DNA of 64,000 nt from Verrucomicrobiaceae bacterium (lineage in GTDB: Bacteria > Verrucomicrobiota > Verrucomicrobiia > Verrucomicrobiales > Akkermansiaceae). The stretch lies in assembly GCA_051252135.1 (NCBI GenBank), contig JBPOGH010000007.1:128001-192000 (forward strand), written 5' to 3'. Below are positions 30,512 to 40,479 of the stretch, piece after piece. The position numbers and the translations under genes are program-made. How positions within the stretch are numbered: the first letter of the stretch is position 1; each line of letters starts with the position of its first letter. The notes under the pieces are model-generated. The model worked only from the letters and a program-made list of their open reading frames with translations, made no database searches and was not told where the DNA came from.

Positions 30512-31255
30512 TTATTCGCCGGGTTGGTCCGTGGTGCCTGGAACAGGTGCGGAGTAGTCGTCAGGCAACTGGATCAATTCATCACCTGCATTGACGGGGG
30601 GAAGGCCTCCGGCGTAGGCATTGGGCTTGATGTCGGCCACGTATTCGGTGCCTTGCTGGCGGGAGACCACGACCCGGCCAAGGATTCCGGAGCCACGACG
30701 AATGCCCAGCTCGGACCCGGGGTTGAAGTTCATGTCATTTTCAGGACGGAAGGTCAGGAAGCCAAACTCGGTGTTTACTTCGCCGACGGTGCCCATTTTG
30801 AGGGCCATGCGGACCCGGTTTTCGAGACGTGCCTGGCGCTGTGCTTCACGGGTTTTTTCCTCCATCATCATGCCTGCTTCTTCCTTATGGAACTCGACCT
30901 TTTCCTCGGCTTTTTTGAGGGCTTCGTCTTTTTCGGCGAGTTGCTCCTGAACTGCTGCGATCTGAGCGGCGACGTCGTCTGAAATTTCGGTGGTGGCGGG
31001 TGTTTCCGCAGCTACCGAGGGGGTGACGGGGTTGGAGGTGAGAGCCGGCGAGGTGGGAGCGTAGTAGGCCATTTGGCGGCGGGCTTCGGCCTCAGCGCGT
31101 TCGGCCCGGAATTGGGCGAGCTCCATTCTGAGCTCCTTTTTGAGCTGAGCGGCGTCATCGGTATTCGATTTTTTCGAGAATGTTCCGAAGGAAAGAGCAA
31201 ACGCCACGACCACGAGGAGGCTGGTGGTAGCGAGAAGCAAGTTGGTGGTGTTCAT
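30512..31255 (-). CDS. Hypothetical membrane-anchored coiled-coil protein
   Basis: N-terminal TM, coiled-coil segments, beta-rich C-terminal domain. Confidence 0.7.
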   Translation of the reverse strand: MNTTNLLLATTSLLVVVAFALSFGTFSKKSNTDDAAQLKKELRMELAQFRAERAEAEARRQMAYYAPTSPALTSNPVTPSVAAETPATTEISDDVAAQIAAVQEQLAEKDEALKKAEEKVEFHKEEAGMMMEEKTREAQRQARLENRVRMALKMGTVGEVNTEFGFLTFRPENDMNFNPGSELGIRRGSGILGRVVVSRQQGTEYVADIKPNAYAGGLPPVNAGDELIQLPDDYSAPVPGTTDQPGE

Positions 31256-31363
31256 AGGTGTGTGTGCTTTTAGGCGGGATTCGGAGCTCTTGTCAAAAAC
31301 AGAAGCCCGATCCCGTGAAGAGAAATCGAGCTCCGGAGAGGTTTTTGTTCGGATTATTTCGAA

Positions 31364-32089
31364 TCAGTCGTTGTTGGCGAAAGACATCAGGATGCGAAGG
31401 ACATACCAGAAGAGGAGGGCAACGCTGGCGAAAAGGCCGAGGGAAGCTGCGACATATTGCTCGGGCTGGTAATGATGAATGATGTTGCTGGTTTGGTAGA
31501 GGATGGAGCCCCCGGCGAAAAGAACCATGATGGCGGAGAACCAGATGCCAAGACTGAGTCCATCGATGAAGAAGGAGGCGGCAATGAGACCAAGGGCGAT
31601 GAAGCCGGCGACCTTGAGGATACCTCCGAGGAAGGAAAAATCCTTTTTGGTGGTGAAAGCAATAAAGGTGAGGCCGGCAAACAAGCCACCAGTGATGATT
31701 CCCGCTTCGGCAATGAGGGAGGAGGAATTGGTGATGTTTGCGGCAAGGAGAAGGAGGGGGAGGAAAATGAGGGCTTCCGCAACAACGTAGAGGCCCAAAC
31801 CAAGATACTGGGTTGTGCGACTTGTGTTTGAGTTTGCCCACTTTTCGGCCATCCATGAAACGGCCATGAAGAGGCCGAGAACGATGAGCCAGCTGTAGGA
31901 GCTGACGGCGAGGAGTCCGAACACTTTGCTCTCGATGCCGGGAATGCTGAAGAGCATGGCTTCCAGCAAGATGAAGGCGGCGATGGCACCCGCCAGGTGG
32001 GCGTAGGTGCGGCGGATGAAGGCGGTGCGGGTGTTTTCAGGCGCCAGAGCAACACTCTGGGGACTACCGTAGATATCTTGAACGTTCAT
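31364..32089 (-). CDS. Bax inhibitor-1/YccA-family membrane protein
   Basis: R.AFIRRTYAHL, seven TM, KDFSFLG, ILYQTS.I...Y, LF.SVALLF..LR. Confidence 0.9.
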   Translation of the reverse strand: MNVQDIYGSPQSVALAPENTRTAFIRRTYAHLAGAIAAFILLEAMLFSIPGIESKVFGLLAVSSYSWLIVLGLFMAVSWMAEKWANSNTSRTTQYLGLGLYVVAEALIFLPLLLLAANITNSSSLIAEAGIITGGLFAGLTFIAFTTKKDFSFLGGILKVAGFIALGLIAASFFIDGLSLGIWFSAIMVLFAGGSILYQTSNIIHHYQPEQYVAASLGLFASVALLFWYVLRILMSFANND

Positions 32090-32450
32090 GGGGATGGTGG
32101 ATTTTGAGGGTAAAATAGATTCAATTATTCAGGATTCAAGTGAGAACGATTTCAATCGGGATAATTAGACTCCAAGGGGGGGGATTCGTTAGAAATTTGC
32201 CCAAGTTCTAACGTTTGAGGCGGAGTGGAGTCAGTAAGGGCGAAAGGGAGATGTTCCCTTTTGAGCTCATCAGCAAGGCCCGACGGGGTCAGAAGCGCTG
32301 GCGACTGCTGTGTGGAATGAAGTGTGGTGGGGCCGGTGTGCTCTGACTTGCCGGTTGATTGACTCGCCGGTCCTACCACCTAATTTTGGGGCATAATGCT
32401 CCCGCACTTGCAATTCGGTGGTGGGGCGAGTTTGCTCCGCGGATCAACTT

Positions 32451-34442
32451 ATGGCAGCTGGTTTTTCGATTGATTCACTGAACAAGGCACAGCGCGAGGC
32501 GGTGATGACCCTGGAGGGGCCGGTGTTGATTTTAGCCGGAGCGGGGACGGGAAAGACACGGACGGTGACTTGCCGGATGTCAGCACTTTTGGAGAACGGG
32601 GTGGCGGCGGAAAACATCCTGGCGGTGACCTTTACGAACAAGGCGGCCTCGGAAATGAGGGAACGGGTAATTGATATGGTGGGTCGTAAGCGGGGGAAGG
32701 ATTTGACGGTTTGTACGTTTCACTCGCTCTGTGTGAGGATCCTCAAGCGGGATATCGAGAGTGTGGGGTATGGGAAAAAATTTGTGGTGATGGCTGGGGG
32801 AGATCAGGCGGGGATTATCAGGCAGCTGATTATCCGCAAGGGAGGGGCGAAGGAGAAGCTGAAGCCGGCGGAGGTGATGGCAGAAATCTCGAAGGCAAAG
32901 AGTTACGAGAAGCCGCTGGAAGATATCGAAGACGGGCTGATTGCGGCGATTGCGGTGGCCTATCAGAATGAGTTGCGGGCGCAAAACGCGGTTGATTTTG
33001 ATGATTTGCTTTTGTTGGGAGAGAAGATTTTACGGGAGGATTCTGCGGCGCGGCATTTTTGGCAGCAGCAGTACCGTTACGTTACGGTGGACGAATTCCA
33101 GGACACCAACAGTTTGCAGATGCGACTGATTCAGCAGTTGGTTGAGAAGCCTTACAATATCTGTGTGGTGGGCGATGATGACCAGTCGATCTACGGTTGG
33201 CGGGGAGCTGATGTGACGAACATCTTGCAGTTTGAGCGCTTCTTCCCCAATCCCAAGGTGATTCGGTTAGAGGAGAATTATCGAAGCACGCAGGCGGTTC
33301 TTGAAGTGGCCAACAGCTTGATCAAGCACAACGTGGGGCGAAGGGAAAAGATGCTGAAGCACACGATTTCCGGGGGAGATTTGGTGAGGTTGGTGACGAT
33401 GCCCGGTGAGGAAGAGGAGGCGCAGTGGGTGGTTCAGGAGATCCTGACGATCCGGGATGAGGGTCGTGAGCTGGAGGATTTTGCGGTGTTGTTCCGAACG
33501 AACGGTCAGATTCGCAAGATGGAGGAAGCTCTCCGGGAAGAAAAAGTTCCGTATCGAATGGTGGGAGCGCAGAGTTTCTATGACCGGAAAGAGGTGCGCG
33601 ATGTTCTGGGATATGCCCAGCTTCTTGATAGCACCGATTTGGATGTGTCCCTGCTTCGGGTGCTGAACACGCCGCCACGAGGGATCGGCCAAAATACGGC
33701 GATGCTGGCGGGTGAGTGGAGCAGGGAGCATGAGCAAGGCATCTGGAAGACGCTGATTGATCCCGGGTTTCTGGCCCAGCTATCGTCACGGGCGGTCAAT
33801 GCGCTGAACCAATTCGTGGATCAGGTGGAGAGCCACCAGAGGCAGATTGTGAATGGAGACAACGCGGGAGTGGTGTTGGATCGCTGGCTCCGTGAGATGG
33901 ATTTTTTGGAATGGTTGATGCGTCAGTGCAAGACCGACAAGGAACGGGATGCGCGGAGAGAGGCGGTTGCCAGCACGGTGGGTGATCTCACTGCGGCTGT
34001 GAAGAAGGGGGCGAAATTGCGGGACTATCTCGATCGGATTGCGCTGGAGAGTGAGAAGAATGATGACGATCTGGATAAGAAGTCGGGAGTGACCTTGATC
34101 ACCTTACATGCGTCCAAAGGGCTGGAATATCCCATTGTTTTCCTACTCGGGCTTGAGCAGGGGATTTTGCCTCACAAGAGGAGTGTTGATGAGGGGACGA
34201 TTGATGAGGAGCGCCGGCTTCTTTACGTTGGGATCACCCGGGCGCAGGAGCGTCTTGCGATGACCTACTGTTCTACCCGGGTGAAATGGGGGAACAAGGA
34301 GGCGTGTGAGCCGAGTGCTTTCCTGAAGGAGTTGGATTTCGATTGGCTCGCGGAAGAGGATTACGATGATTTGATGAATCAGGAGGCTTCCGATGATGAG
34401 TTGCGTGGTTTCTTCAGCGGTCTTTCGGATCTTCTGGAATGA
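32451..34442 (+). CDS. UvrD/PcrA/Rep-family ATP-dependent DNA helicase
   Basis: LAGAGTGKT, TFTNKAA, DEFQDTN, GDDDQSIY.WRGA, LEENYRS, TLHASKGLE, EERRLLYVGITRA. Confidence 0.95.
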   Translation: MAAGFSIDSLNKAQREAVMTLEGPVLILAGAGTGKTRTVTCRMSALLENGVAAENILAVTFTNKAASEMRERVIDMVGRKRGKDLTVCTFHSLCVRILKRDIESVGYGKKFVVMAGGDQAGIIRQLIIRKGGAKEKLKPAEVMAEISKAKSYEKPLEDIEDGLIAAIAVAYQNELRAQNAVDFDDLLLLGEKILREDSAARHFWQQQYRYVTVDEFQDTNSLQMRLIQQLVEKPYNICVVGDDDQSIYGWRGADVTNILQFERFFPNPKVIRLEENYRSTQAVLEVANSLIKHNVGRREKMLKHTISGGDLVRLVTMPGEEEEAQWVVQEILTIRDEGRELEDFAVLFRTNGQIRKMEEALREEKVPYRMVGAQSFYDRKEVRDVLGYAQLLDSTDLDVSLLRVLNTPPRGIGQNTAMLAGEWSREHEQGIWKTLIDPGFLAQLSSRAVNALNQFVDQVESHQRQIVNGDNAGVVLDRWLREMDFLEWLMRQCKTDKERDARREAVASTVGDLTAAVKKGAKLRDYLDRIALESEKNDDDLDKKSGVTLITLHASKGLEYPIVFLLGLEQGILPHKRSVDEGTIDEERRLLYVGITRAQERLAMTYCSTRVKWGNKEACEPSAFLKELDFDWLAEEDYDDLMNQEASDDELRGFFSGLSDLLE

Positions 34443-34475
34443 AAAATCCCCGCGCCCTTGTGAGGCGAGGGGATT
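34442..34475 (-). terminator. Intrinsic terminator between convergent genes
   Basis: Minus strand AATCCCCTCGCC-TCACAAG-GGCGCGGGGATTTTT. Confidence 0.65.
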
Positions 34476-34499
34476 GAGATTGTTGATTCGGGAGACGGT

Positions 34500-35132
34500 C
34501 TAGCCGCGACGGCGGATCATGAGGCCGAAGAGAGCAATACCGCTTAGGAGTGCTGCACTGGGCTCGGGGACACCTTCGAGGGTGAGGATGTTGGTGTTGT
34601 ATGAACTTCCGACGGTGTCCGACCAATTGACATCGCCACGGGCGCTGGTTCCGATGAGGATTTCAGCTCCACCCTCCGCATTGTAGGTAGCGGTGTCTCC
34701 GGTGGGCGATCCGGTGTCGTCGCCATCAAGTTGAATGCTTGGGTTGAGGAGTCCGAGTCCGGTTGCATCTGCCACGCTGGAGTTGTTACCGAGCACAACG
34801 TATAGGTCTCTGATCGAGTCGTTGGTGATGGTGTAGTCAAAAGTGAAGGCGCCCGGATCGGGAGAGTTGAGATTGACTCCGTCGGTGGAGTCAAAGGGAG
34901 CGATTCCGAGGAGACCGTTGACTCCATTTGCTTTGAGAAGAGCTGCGGTGCTGGGCACATTACCGGGGCTGAAGGTGTAGATGGCAACAAATCCTGCACC
35001 GAGTGGCATTCCGGCGAGATCGCCGATGGCGAGGTCGTTTCCACTTCCGGTGATGTTATTGATCGTGACTGATGCTCCTTGAGCCGAGGTGACAACAGCG
35101 ATGGCCGCTGAAAGTTTGATAAGGCGTTTCAT
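34500..35132 (-). CDS. PEP-CTERM sorting-domain protein
   Basis: Signal peptide; VPEPSAALLSGIALFGLMIRRRG. Confidence 0.92.
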   Translation of the reverse strand: MKRLIKLSAAIAVVTSAQGASVTINNITGSGNDLAIGDLAGMPLGAGFVAIYTFSPGNVPSTAALLKANGVNGLLGIAPFDSTDGVNLNSPDPGAFTFDYTITNDSIRDLYVVLGNNSSVADATGLGLLNPSIQLDGDDTGSPTGDTATYNAEGGAEILIGTSARGDVNWSDTVGSSYNTNILTLEGVPEPSAALLSGIALFGLMIRRRG

Positions 35133-35162
35133 ATAGCTAGATTTGAGAAAAACGTTTTTGAT

Positions 35163-36131
35163 TTAGAGTGTTGAGAAAAATGCGGGGACTTCGGCGAGTG
35201 CGGAAGTTGATGCGGTTTTCCGTTGAATGGCGATTGCACCGGAAACGACCGTGGTTCCTTCGTTTCCGGAGAACTGACTGGAGGTTGATCTCCAGGTGCC
35301 GCCGCCGGTGGTGTGGACGAAGTAGCGGTTGTAGCTTCCGGCACCATCGGGAACCCAGAGGATGTCGGCAGCGGTGGAGTTGAACGATGCGGTGAGGTCG
35401 TCTTTCAGTCCCAGTTCGTCAAGAGTCTGGCCTGCGGGGCTGGGGACGGTGAAGATACTGAATCCGGAAGCGGCGGAAATGATGGTGCCTGTTTTCTTAA
35501 CCTCTCCGAAGAGGGTGACGGTGGTGGTGTTGGCCTTGACCTCGACAAATGCTCCATCCGGATAGAAGAAGGCGATCGGCTTGGGTGGGGAAGAGAACTG
35601 GCTGGCAGTGGACCGGAATTCGTTGTTATTGGAATTGTAGTAGTAGCGATCATAGTCGCCGGAGCCATCGGGAACCCAGATGATGTCCGAATTCGTGGAG
35701 TTGAATGATCCGGTCAATTGGGCGTCGGCACCGGTTCCGAAGACTTCGTTAAGGGTCTTGGCCTTACGGATGGTGTAGTTGGCCGTGCCTGCCGCGATGC
35801 CACCGCCCTCGATGGTGACGGTGGTGGAGGTGGATGAAGTGATGACGTTTACCGAACCGTTTTGAGCTCCATTGGTGATCTCGAGGAGGTAGGTGGCGTT
35901 TGCATCGGTGAGAGTGGCGGCGAAGTCGACATCGGCATCGGTGATGACATTGGCGGATTCGGAGTCAATGACTCCCGAGAGGAGGACTTCCCCGTGGAGG
36001 TTGATACCGATGGGGTTGAAGCCGACGACGAGGTCTGTCTTCACGTAGCCGGAGGGGCTGGTGTATGCGACGGTCTGGCCGAAGGCATGGGAGGAGAGTA
36101 TTGCTAGGAAAAAGGCGGGGAGACGTTTCAT
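35163..36131 (-). CDS. Secreted beta-rich protein with internal duplication (Verrucomicrobia TIGR02597-like)
   Basis: Signal peptide, AYTSPSGYV, TLNEVFG, two FNST..DI.WVPDG.G.Y.RY repeats; family label tentative. Confidence 0.7.
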   Translation of the reverse strand: MKRLPAFFLAILSSHAFGQTVAYTSPSGYVKTDLVVGFNPIGINLHGEVLLSGVIDSESANVITDADVDFAATLTDANATYLLEITNGAQNGSVNVITSSTSTTVTIEGGGIAAGTANYTIRKAKTLNEVFGTGADAQLTGSFNSTNSDIIWVPDGSGDYDRYYYNSNNNEFRSTASQFSSPPKPIAFFYPDGAFVEVKANTTTVTLFGEVKKTGTIISAASGFSIFTVPSPAGQTLDELGLKDDLTASFNSTAADILWVPDGAGSYNRYFVHTTGGGTWRSTSSQFSGNEGTTVVSGAIAIQRKTASTSALAEVPAFFSTL

Positions 36132-36322
36132 AGGGGAAGTGCGATGGGGAAGATTGAGGGTTGGGAGACTTTGACGCAACGGCAAAGTTCACGATTTTAC
36201 ATTAATATTGAAAGAGTTGTCAGGTTTCTTCGTGTTCGACGGGAAGTGCGGGGTGGAGATCGGTGAATGGTTGCGATCGAGGGTTGCGGGATGGTCACTC
36301 TCTGCTAAATAAATGTCCAGAA

Positions 36323-36679
36323 GTGAAGGGCGGTTACACAATAGGTAATGAAAAGTTGGTGAAGGTGCTCGATGGAGCGTCATCCCACCTTCAGGGACTC
36401 TGGCGTAAGCAAGGCAAGGATAGCGGGGCTCTGCGTATTGCAGTGATTGGGGGCGGCTGCAGTGGGCTGCAATACAAGATGGACCTGGTAGACGGACCAC
36501 GGGATCGGGATATTATGGTGGAGAGCAATGGAGTCCGGGTGGTGATTGATCCCAAGAGTGCGCTTTTTGTCAGCGGGAGTGAGTTGGATTACTCGGATGA
36601 TCTGCAGCAGGGGGGATTCAAGGTGACCAATCCGAATGCGGTGGTGACTTGTTCGTGCGGGGAAAGTTTTGCGGCATGA
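36323..36679 (+). CDS. iscA: HesB/IscA-family Fe-S assembly accessory protein
   Basis: GGGCSGLQY, NPNA..TCSCGESF; start uncertain. Confidence 0.9.
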   Translation: MKGGYTIGNEKLVKVLDGASSHLQGLWRKQGKDSGALRIAVIGGGCSGLQYKMDLVDGPRDRDIMVESNGVRVVIDPKSALFVSGSELDYSDDLQQGGFKVTNPNAVVTCSCGESFAA

Positions 36680-37245
36680 GTGATCCTTTTGCGGTGCTGG
36701 GAGTGGAGAGAAAGCTGGAGTTGGATCCGGAGGAGTTGTCGGCGCGGTATCGTGAGCTTTCAAAGGTGCATCACCCTGATCTGGGCGGAGAGGCGAGCGA
36801 TTTTGAGAGGGTGGGGAAGGCATACGCAGAGTTGAATTCACCGGCGCGGCGGGTTGCGGCGGCGGTGGCGACGATTTCAGATTGTCCCGAGGAGCGGGGG
36901 ACGATTCCAGCGGTGGTGATGGATCGATTCAGCCAGGTGGCGGGGTTGATTGAGAAAGTTGATTCGTTTGTGGAGGAGCGAGGAAGGGCGAAGAGTGCGT
37001 TGGCGCGGGCCCTTTTGGACGCAAAGATTCCTGTTCTTCAGGGTGCTTTGCAGGAGGAGTTGGCGGGGATTGGGCTTTTGGAGGATCAAATGACCGGCCG
37101 ATTTGGTGATTTTGACAGGAATGGCTGGGAGAATCGGGCTGCGGAAATGGCCGAGGTGGCCCGCGGATTGGTTTTTCTTGAGAAATGGGAGGGGCAGCTC
37201 AAGGCGCAGAGCGGAAAGTTATTCCAGTCCTTGCTCGGGGGGTAA
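36676..37245 (+). CDS. hscB: HscB-like J-domain co-chaperone
   Basis: DPFAVLG...L..RYRELSK.HHPD; lies between iscA and Hsp70. Confidence 0.75.
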   Translation: MSDPFAVLGVERKLELDPEELSARYRELSKVHHPDLGGEASDFERVGKAYAELNSPARRVAAAVATISDCPEERGTIPAVVMDRFSQVAGLIEKVDSFVEERGRAKSALARALLDAKIPVLQGALQEELAGIGLLEDQMTGRFGDFDRNGWENRAAEMAEVARGLVFLEKWEGQLKAQSGKLFQSLLGG

Positions 37246-37260
37246 CTCCGAGTCCACATT

Positions 37261-39033
37261 ATGGCTATGAAAAGTGAGGTGATCGTGGGGATCGATTTGG
37301 GGACGACCCAATCGGCGGTGGGTGTGGTGGATTCCGGATTTCCCATTTTGCTGGCGAACAGGTCGGGATCGACCTTGACGCCAAGTGCGGTTTGGTATGG
37401 TGCGGACGGGTCTGTATCGGTGGGGGCGGAGGCGATACGAAGGCAAGGGGTGGAGCGGGTTTTTACGAGTGTGAAGAGTCTGATGGGGAGACGTTTTGAT
37501 GAGCTGGGAGCCGGTTTATCGGGTGTGGAGGATCAAGATGGGGAGGTGGTGCTCGATACCCGTGCGGGGAAGATGACTCCGGAGGAAGTTTCGGCAGAGA
37601 TTCTGAAGGAGTTGAAGAAGGTCGCCGAGGATCGATTGGAGTGTGCGGTGCACAAGGCTGTGATAACGGTGCCGGCGTATTTTAATGACGGGCAGCGGGC
37701 GGCAACGAAGCGGGCGGGTGAATTGGCGGGGCTTGAAGTGGTGAGGATTTTGAGTGAACCGACTGCGGCTGCGCTTTCCTATGGGCTGGATCGGCTGGAT
37801 GAGGCATCCAAGGTGGCGGTGTTTGACTTGGGAGGGGGGACTTTTGATGTGTCGGTTTTGGACATGCGGGACGGGGTTTTTGAGGTGTTGGCCACCTCCG
37901 GGGATACGTCTTTGGGTGGTGACGATTTTGATCGTGCGGTGGCGAAGGAGGCTGCTGATCGGTTGGAGGTGAAATGGGACACTTTGAGTTCGTTGGATCA
38001 GGTGATCTGGCTGACGGAGGCACGGCGGGTTAAGCACGCTCTTTCCGACCAAGAGGAAGTTACTTTCCGGATTCCTTTTGTGGGGGAGGTGAAGATTCCC
38101 CGGGCCAGATTTATTGAATTGCTGGGAAGCGCGCTTCGACGGATGGAGGGTCATTGTCGGACGGCTCTTCTGGAGGCGGGCGTGAATGAGGGAGAGCTGA
38201 AAGCGGTCCTGATGGTGGGCGGGAGTAGCCGGATTCCGGCGGTTCGGGAGCGGGTCGCTGAGATTTTCGGAATGGAGCCGGATTTGAGCCAACATCCTGA
38301 TGAGGCCATTGCGCGGGGAGCGGCCATTCAGGCGGGGATTTTGGCTGGCACGGTTCAAAAAGTGGTGCTGCTGGATGTCACTCCCCTGAGCCTGGGAATT
38401 GAGACGATGGGAGGCCTGATGAATGTGCTCATTCCCCGGAATTCGACCATTCCGTGCAAGGCGGGGGAGATGTTTACGAATGCAGTGGATGGGCAGGAGT
38501 CGGTGAAGCTGACGGTATTGCAAGGTGAGCGGGAGCTGGCTGCAGACAATTGGAAGCTGGGTGAGTATGTGGTGCCTTTCACGGCGGCGCGGAAGGGACA
38601 GGCGAGAATTGGGGTGGAATTTAGAATTGATGCAGACGGTCTCCTTTCGGTGTTGGCCCGGGATATGGCTACGGGTGAAGATGTTGTGGTGGAGGTGGGC
38701 AGTGCGGCGGTGGATGTGACGGAAAGCAAGGTGGAGCAAATGGTGAGTGAAAGTGTGGAGTATGCCTTCGAGGATATGAACGCGCGGGTTTTTGAGGAAG
38801 CCCGGCAGAAGGCGGAGGAACTCCTTCCGGCCGTGGATGTGGCTTTGGAGCAAGTTGGTGATTTGCTTGATGAGAATGAGCTGAAGGAAATCCGGGAAGG
38901 GAGAGAAAAGGTGGGCTTGGCACTTAAGAGCGGGGCTGCGGCACAATTGAAATCGGCGGTGGAGGATCTGGATGGCGCGACAGAAGTGATGGCGGCGCTT
39001 TTGGTGGAGAAAGCGACCAAGGGGCTTTTTTAG
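37261..39033 (+). CDS. hscA: Hsp70-family chaperone, HscA-like
   Basis: GIDLGTT, TVPAYFND.QR, FDLGGGTFDVS, LDVTPLSLGIETMGGL; context iscA-hscB. Confidence 0.82.
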   Translation: MAMKSEVIVGIDLGTTQSAVGVVDSGFPILLANRSGSTLTPSAVWYGADGSVSVGAEAIRRQGVERVFTSVKSLMGRRFDELGAGLSGVEDQDGEVVLDTRAGKMTPEEVSAEILKELKKVAEDRLECAVHKAVITVPAYFNDGQRAATKRAGELAGLEVVRILSEPTAAALSYGLDRLDEASKVAVFDLGGGTFDVSVLDMRDGVFEVLATSGDTSLGGDDFDRAVAKEAADRLEVKWDTLSSLDQVIWLTEARRVKHALSDQEEVTFRIPFVGEVKIPRARFIELLGSALRRMEGHCRTALLEAGVNEGELKAVLMVGGSSRIPAVRERVAEIFGMEPDLSQHPDEAIARGAAIQAGILAGTVQKVVLLDVTPLSLGIETMGGLMNVLIPRNSTIPCKAGEMFTNAVDGQESVKLTVLQGERELAADNWKLGEYVVPFTAARKGQARIGVEFRIDADGLLSVLARDMATGEDVVVEVGSAAVDVTESKVEQMVSESVEYAFEDMNARVFEEARQKAEELLPAVDVALEQVGDLLDENELKEIREGREKVGLALKSGAAAQLKSAVEDLDGATEVMAALLVEKATKGLF

Positions 39034-39093
39034 CTTTCGGAAGATTGACTGACCGAGGCTTCATCCCCCACAGTCCCGCCAGCAATCCCGATC

Positions 39094-40479
39094 ATGAGTC
39101 AACCGAAAGTCTATCTTTGCCCTTCCTGCCAATCAGTGGTTCGGACGGAGAAGGACGTTGCAGACGGGCTTACTTGCGGGGAGTGCGGATTTTCATTTGG
39201 TGGAGGGGGGGCTCCAGCGGCTCCGGTCTCGACGAAAAGGAGGACGGAGCCGGAGCCAAAATCAGTGGAGAGAAAGAGCTCGGGGAGTGTGGTGCGGGAC
39301 GTCATCAAGAATCGGGATGGAACGAAGGTGGAAAAGGGATTCGCGTCTCTGACCCCGATTACTCCGTTGCCTCCCCGAACGAAGAAATCATCAGAGGGTG
39401 AAAAGGCGGATGTTCCCCACAATCGTGATGAAGAATCGATCCTGCCTGATGGGACAAGGCAGGTGAAGCGGAGGAGACGCCGAAAGCGTGAGGAGAAGCA
39501 CAAAAAACTGTATCTATTTATCACGGCCTGGATTGGGGTGATCGTGGCCTTGTTTCTTCTGTTCCAGGTGAAGAGGGACCAGGATTCGGATGCCGATCGG
39601 GACAAAGAGGGGCCGGAGGGGATGCCGGTTTGGGAGCGTGAGTTTTACCAGAGTCACTTGGGCAGAGTGGCGAGAAATTTCAGGGCGTTCAACAAGGCTC
39701 CATCGATGCTCAAAAAACAACAGTTCATCGACCGTTCGGCGTCGATGGCGGCCAAGTTTTCAATTTTCCATACAAGTCATCCGATGCCGGAACCTGTGGG
39801 AGATCTGAGGATGCTCAACCAGAATATCCTTGAGCTGAGAAAGGAGCCATTGGTGCTCGCGATCGAGACCCAATGGGCGGATTCGGAGGGGAAGCGATTG
39901 GAGGCGGTCCATGTCTGGGATCGAAAGGGATGGAAACTCGACTGGGAACATTTTGCCCGATATTCGACGACACCATGGGCACTTTTTCGATCGGGATTGG
40001 GTAGAAAAGAGGGTGAGTTCAGATTGTATGTCCGAAAGCGCAGGACACTTTCGGAAGCCACTCACTTCAGTCTGTTGTTTTATGCTCCGGCCAAGTTTGG
40101 AGATGATGTGAAAACGGTGCTTGAAAGCGAATCACCCGAAGTGCAGGTCAAGATTAACAGTGATCTGGGTCGGGAAATACGTGCCGTGCTAGCTGATCAC
40201 GAAGAGGGTCGCCGCCCGCTTGATAGTATTTTGGGAGACGATGATCCATCGATCCTGACCCGGATAGCGGTCAAATTGGCCTGGGAGACGAATGCGGAAG
40301 GTGATGAAGAATTGATCTTGAAGGATGTGGTAGGCATTTCCTGGTATGGGGAAAGGATACGGGAGATCGTGGAGGCAAGAGTGAAGGAGGAGACTGAGAA
40401 CAAGGGGCCGGAAATTCCTGAAGCGAAGGATGACTTGAATCGACCGGTTGAGGATTCTAGTTTGGATACAGATGAGTGA
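39094..40479 (+). CDS. Hypothetical single-TM protein with N-terminal zinc ribbon
   Basis: CPSC...CGEC, basic KRRRRRKR before TM, WKLDWE motif. Confidence 0.75.
   Translation: MSQPKVYLCPSCQSVVRTEKDVADGLTCGECGFSFGGGGAPAAPVSTKRRTEPEPKSVERKSSGSVVRDVIKNRDGTKVEKGFASLTPITPLPPRTKKSSEGEKADVPHNRDEESILPDGTRQVKRRRRRKREEKHKKLYLFITAWIGVIVALFLLFQVKRDQDSDADRDKEGPEGMPVWEREFYQSHLGRVARNFRAFNKAPSMLKKQQFIDRSASMAAKFSIFHTSHPMPEPVGDLRMLNQNILELRKEPLVLAIETQWADSEGKRLEAVHVWDRKGWKLDWEHFARYSTTPWALFRSGLGRKEGEFRLYVRKRRTLSEATHFSLLFYAPAKFGDDVKTVLESESPEVQVKINSDLGREIRAVLADHEEGRRPLDSILGDDDPSILTRIAVKLAWETNAEGDEELILKDVVGISWYGERIREIVEARVKEETENKGPEIPEAKDDLNRPVEDSSLDTDE

Noticed and set aside
32152..32397. Small ORFs and a GCATAAT dif-like half-site in the spacer
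   Set aside because: No protein-like features; no XerD arm (TTATGTTAAAT) at the required spacing
36167..36190. Hairpin containing GACGCAA and GGCAAA resembling c-di-GMP-I riboswitch pieces
   Set aside because: Elements are in the wrong order and lack the two-stem architecture
37516..38946. 476-aa ORF antisense to Hsp70
   Set aside because: Long antisense frames are a known artefact of hsp70 genes; no independent signals
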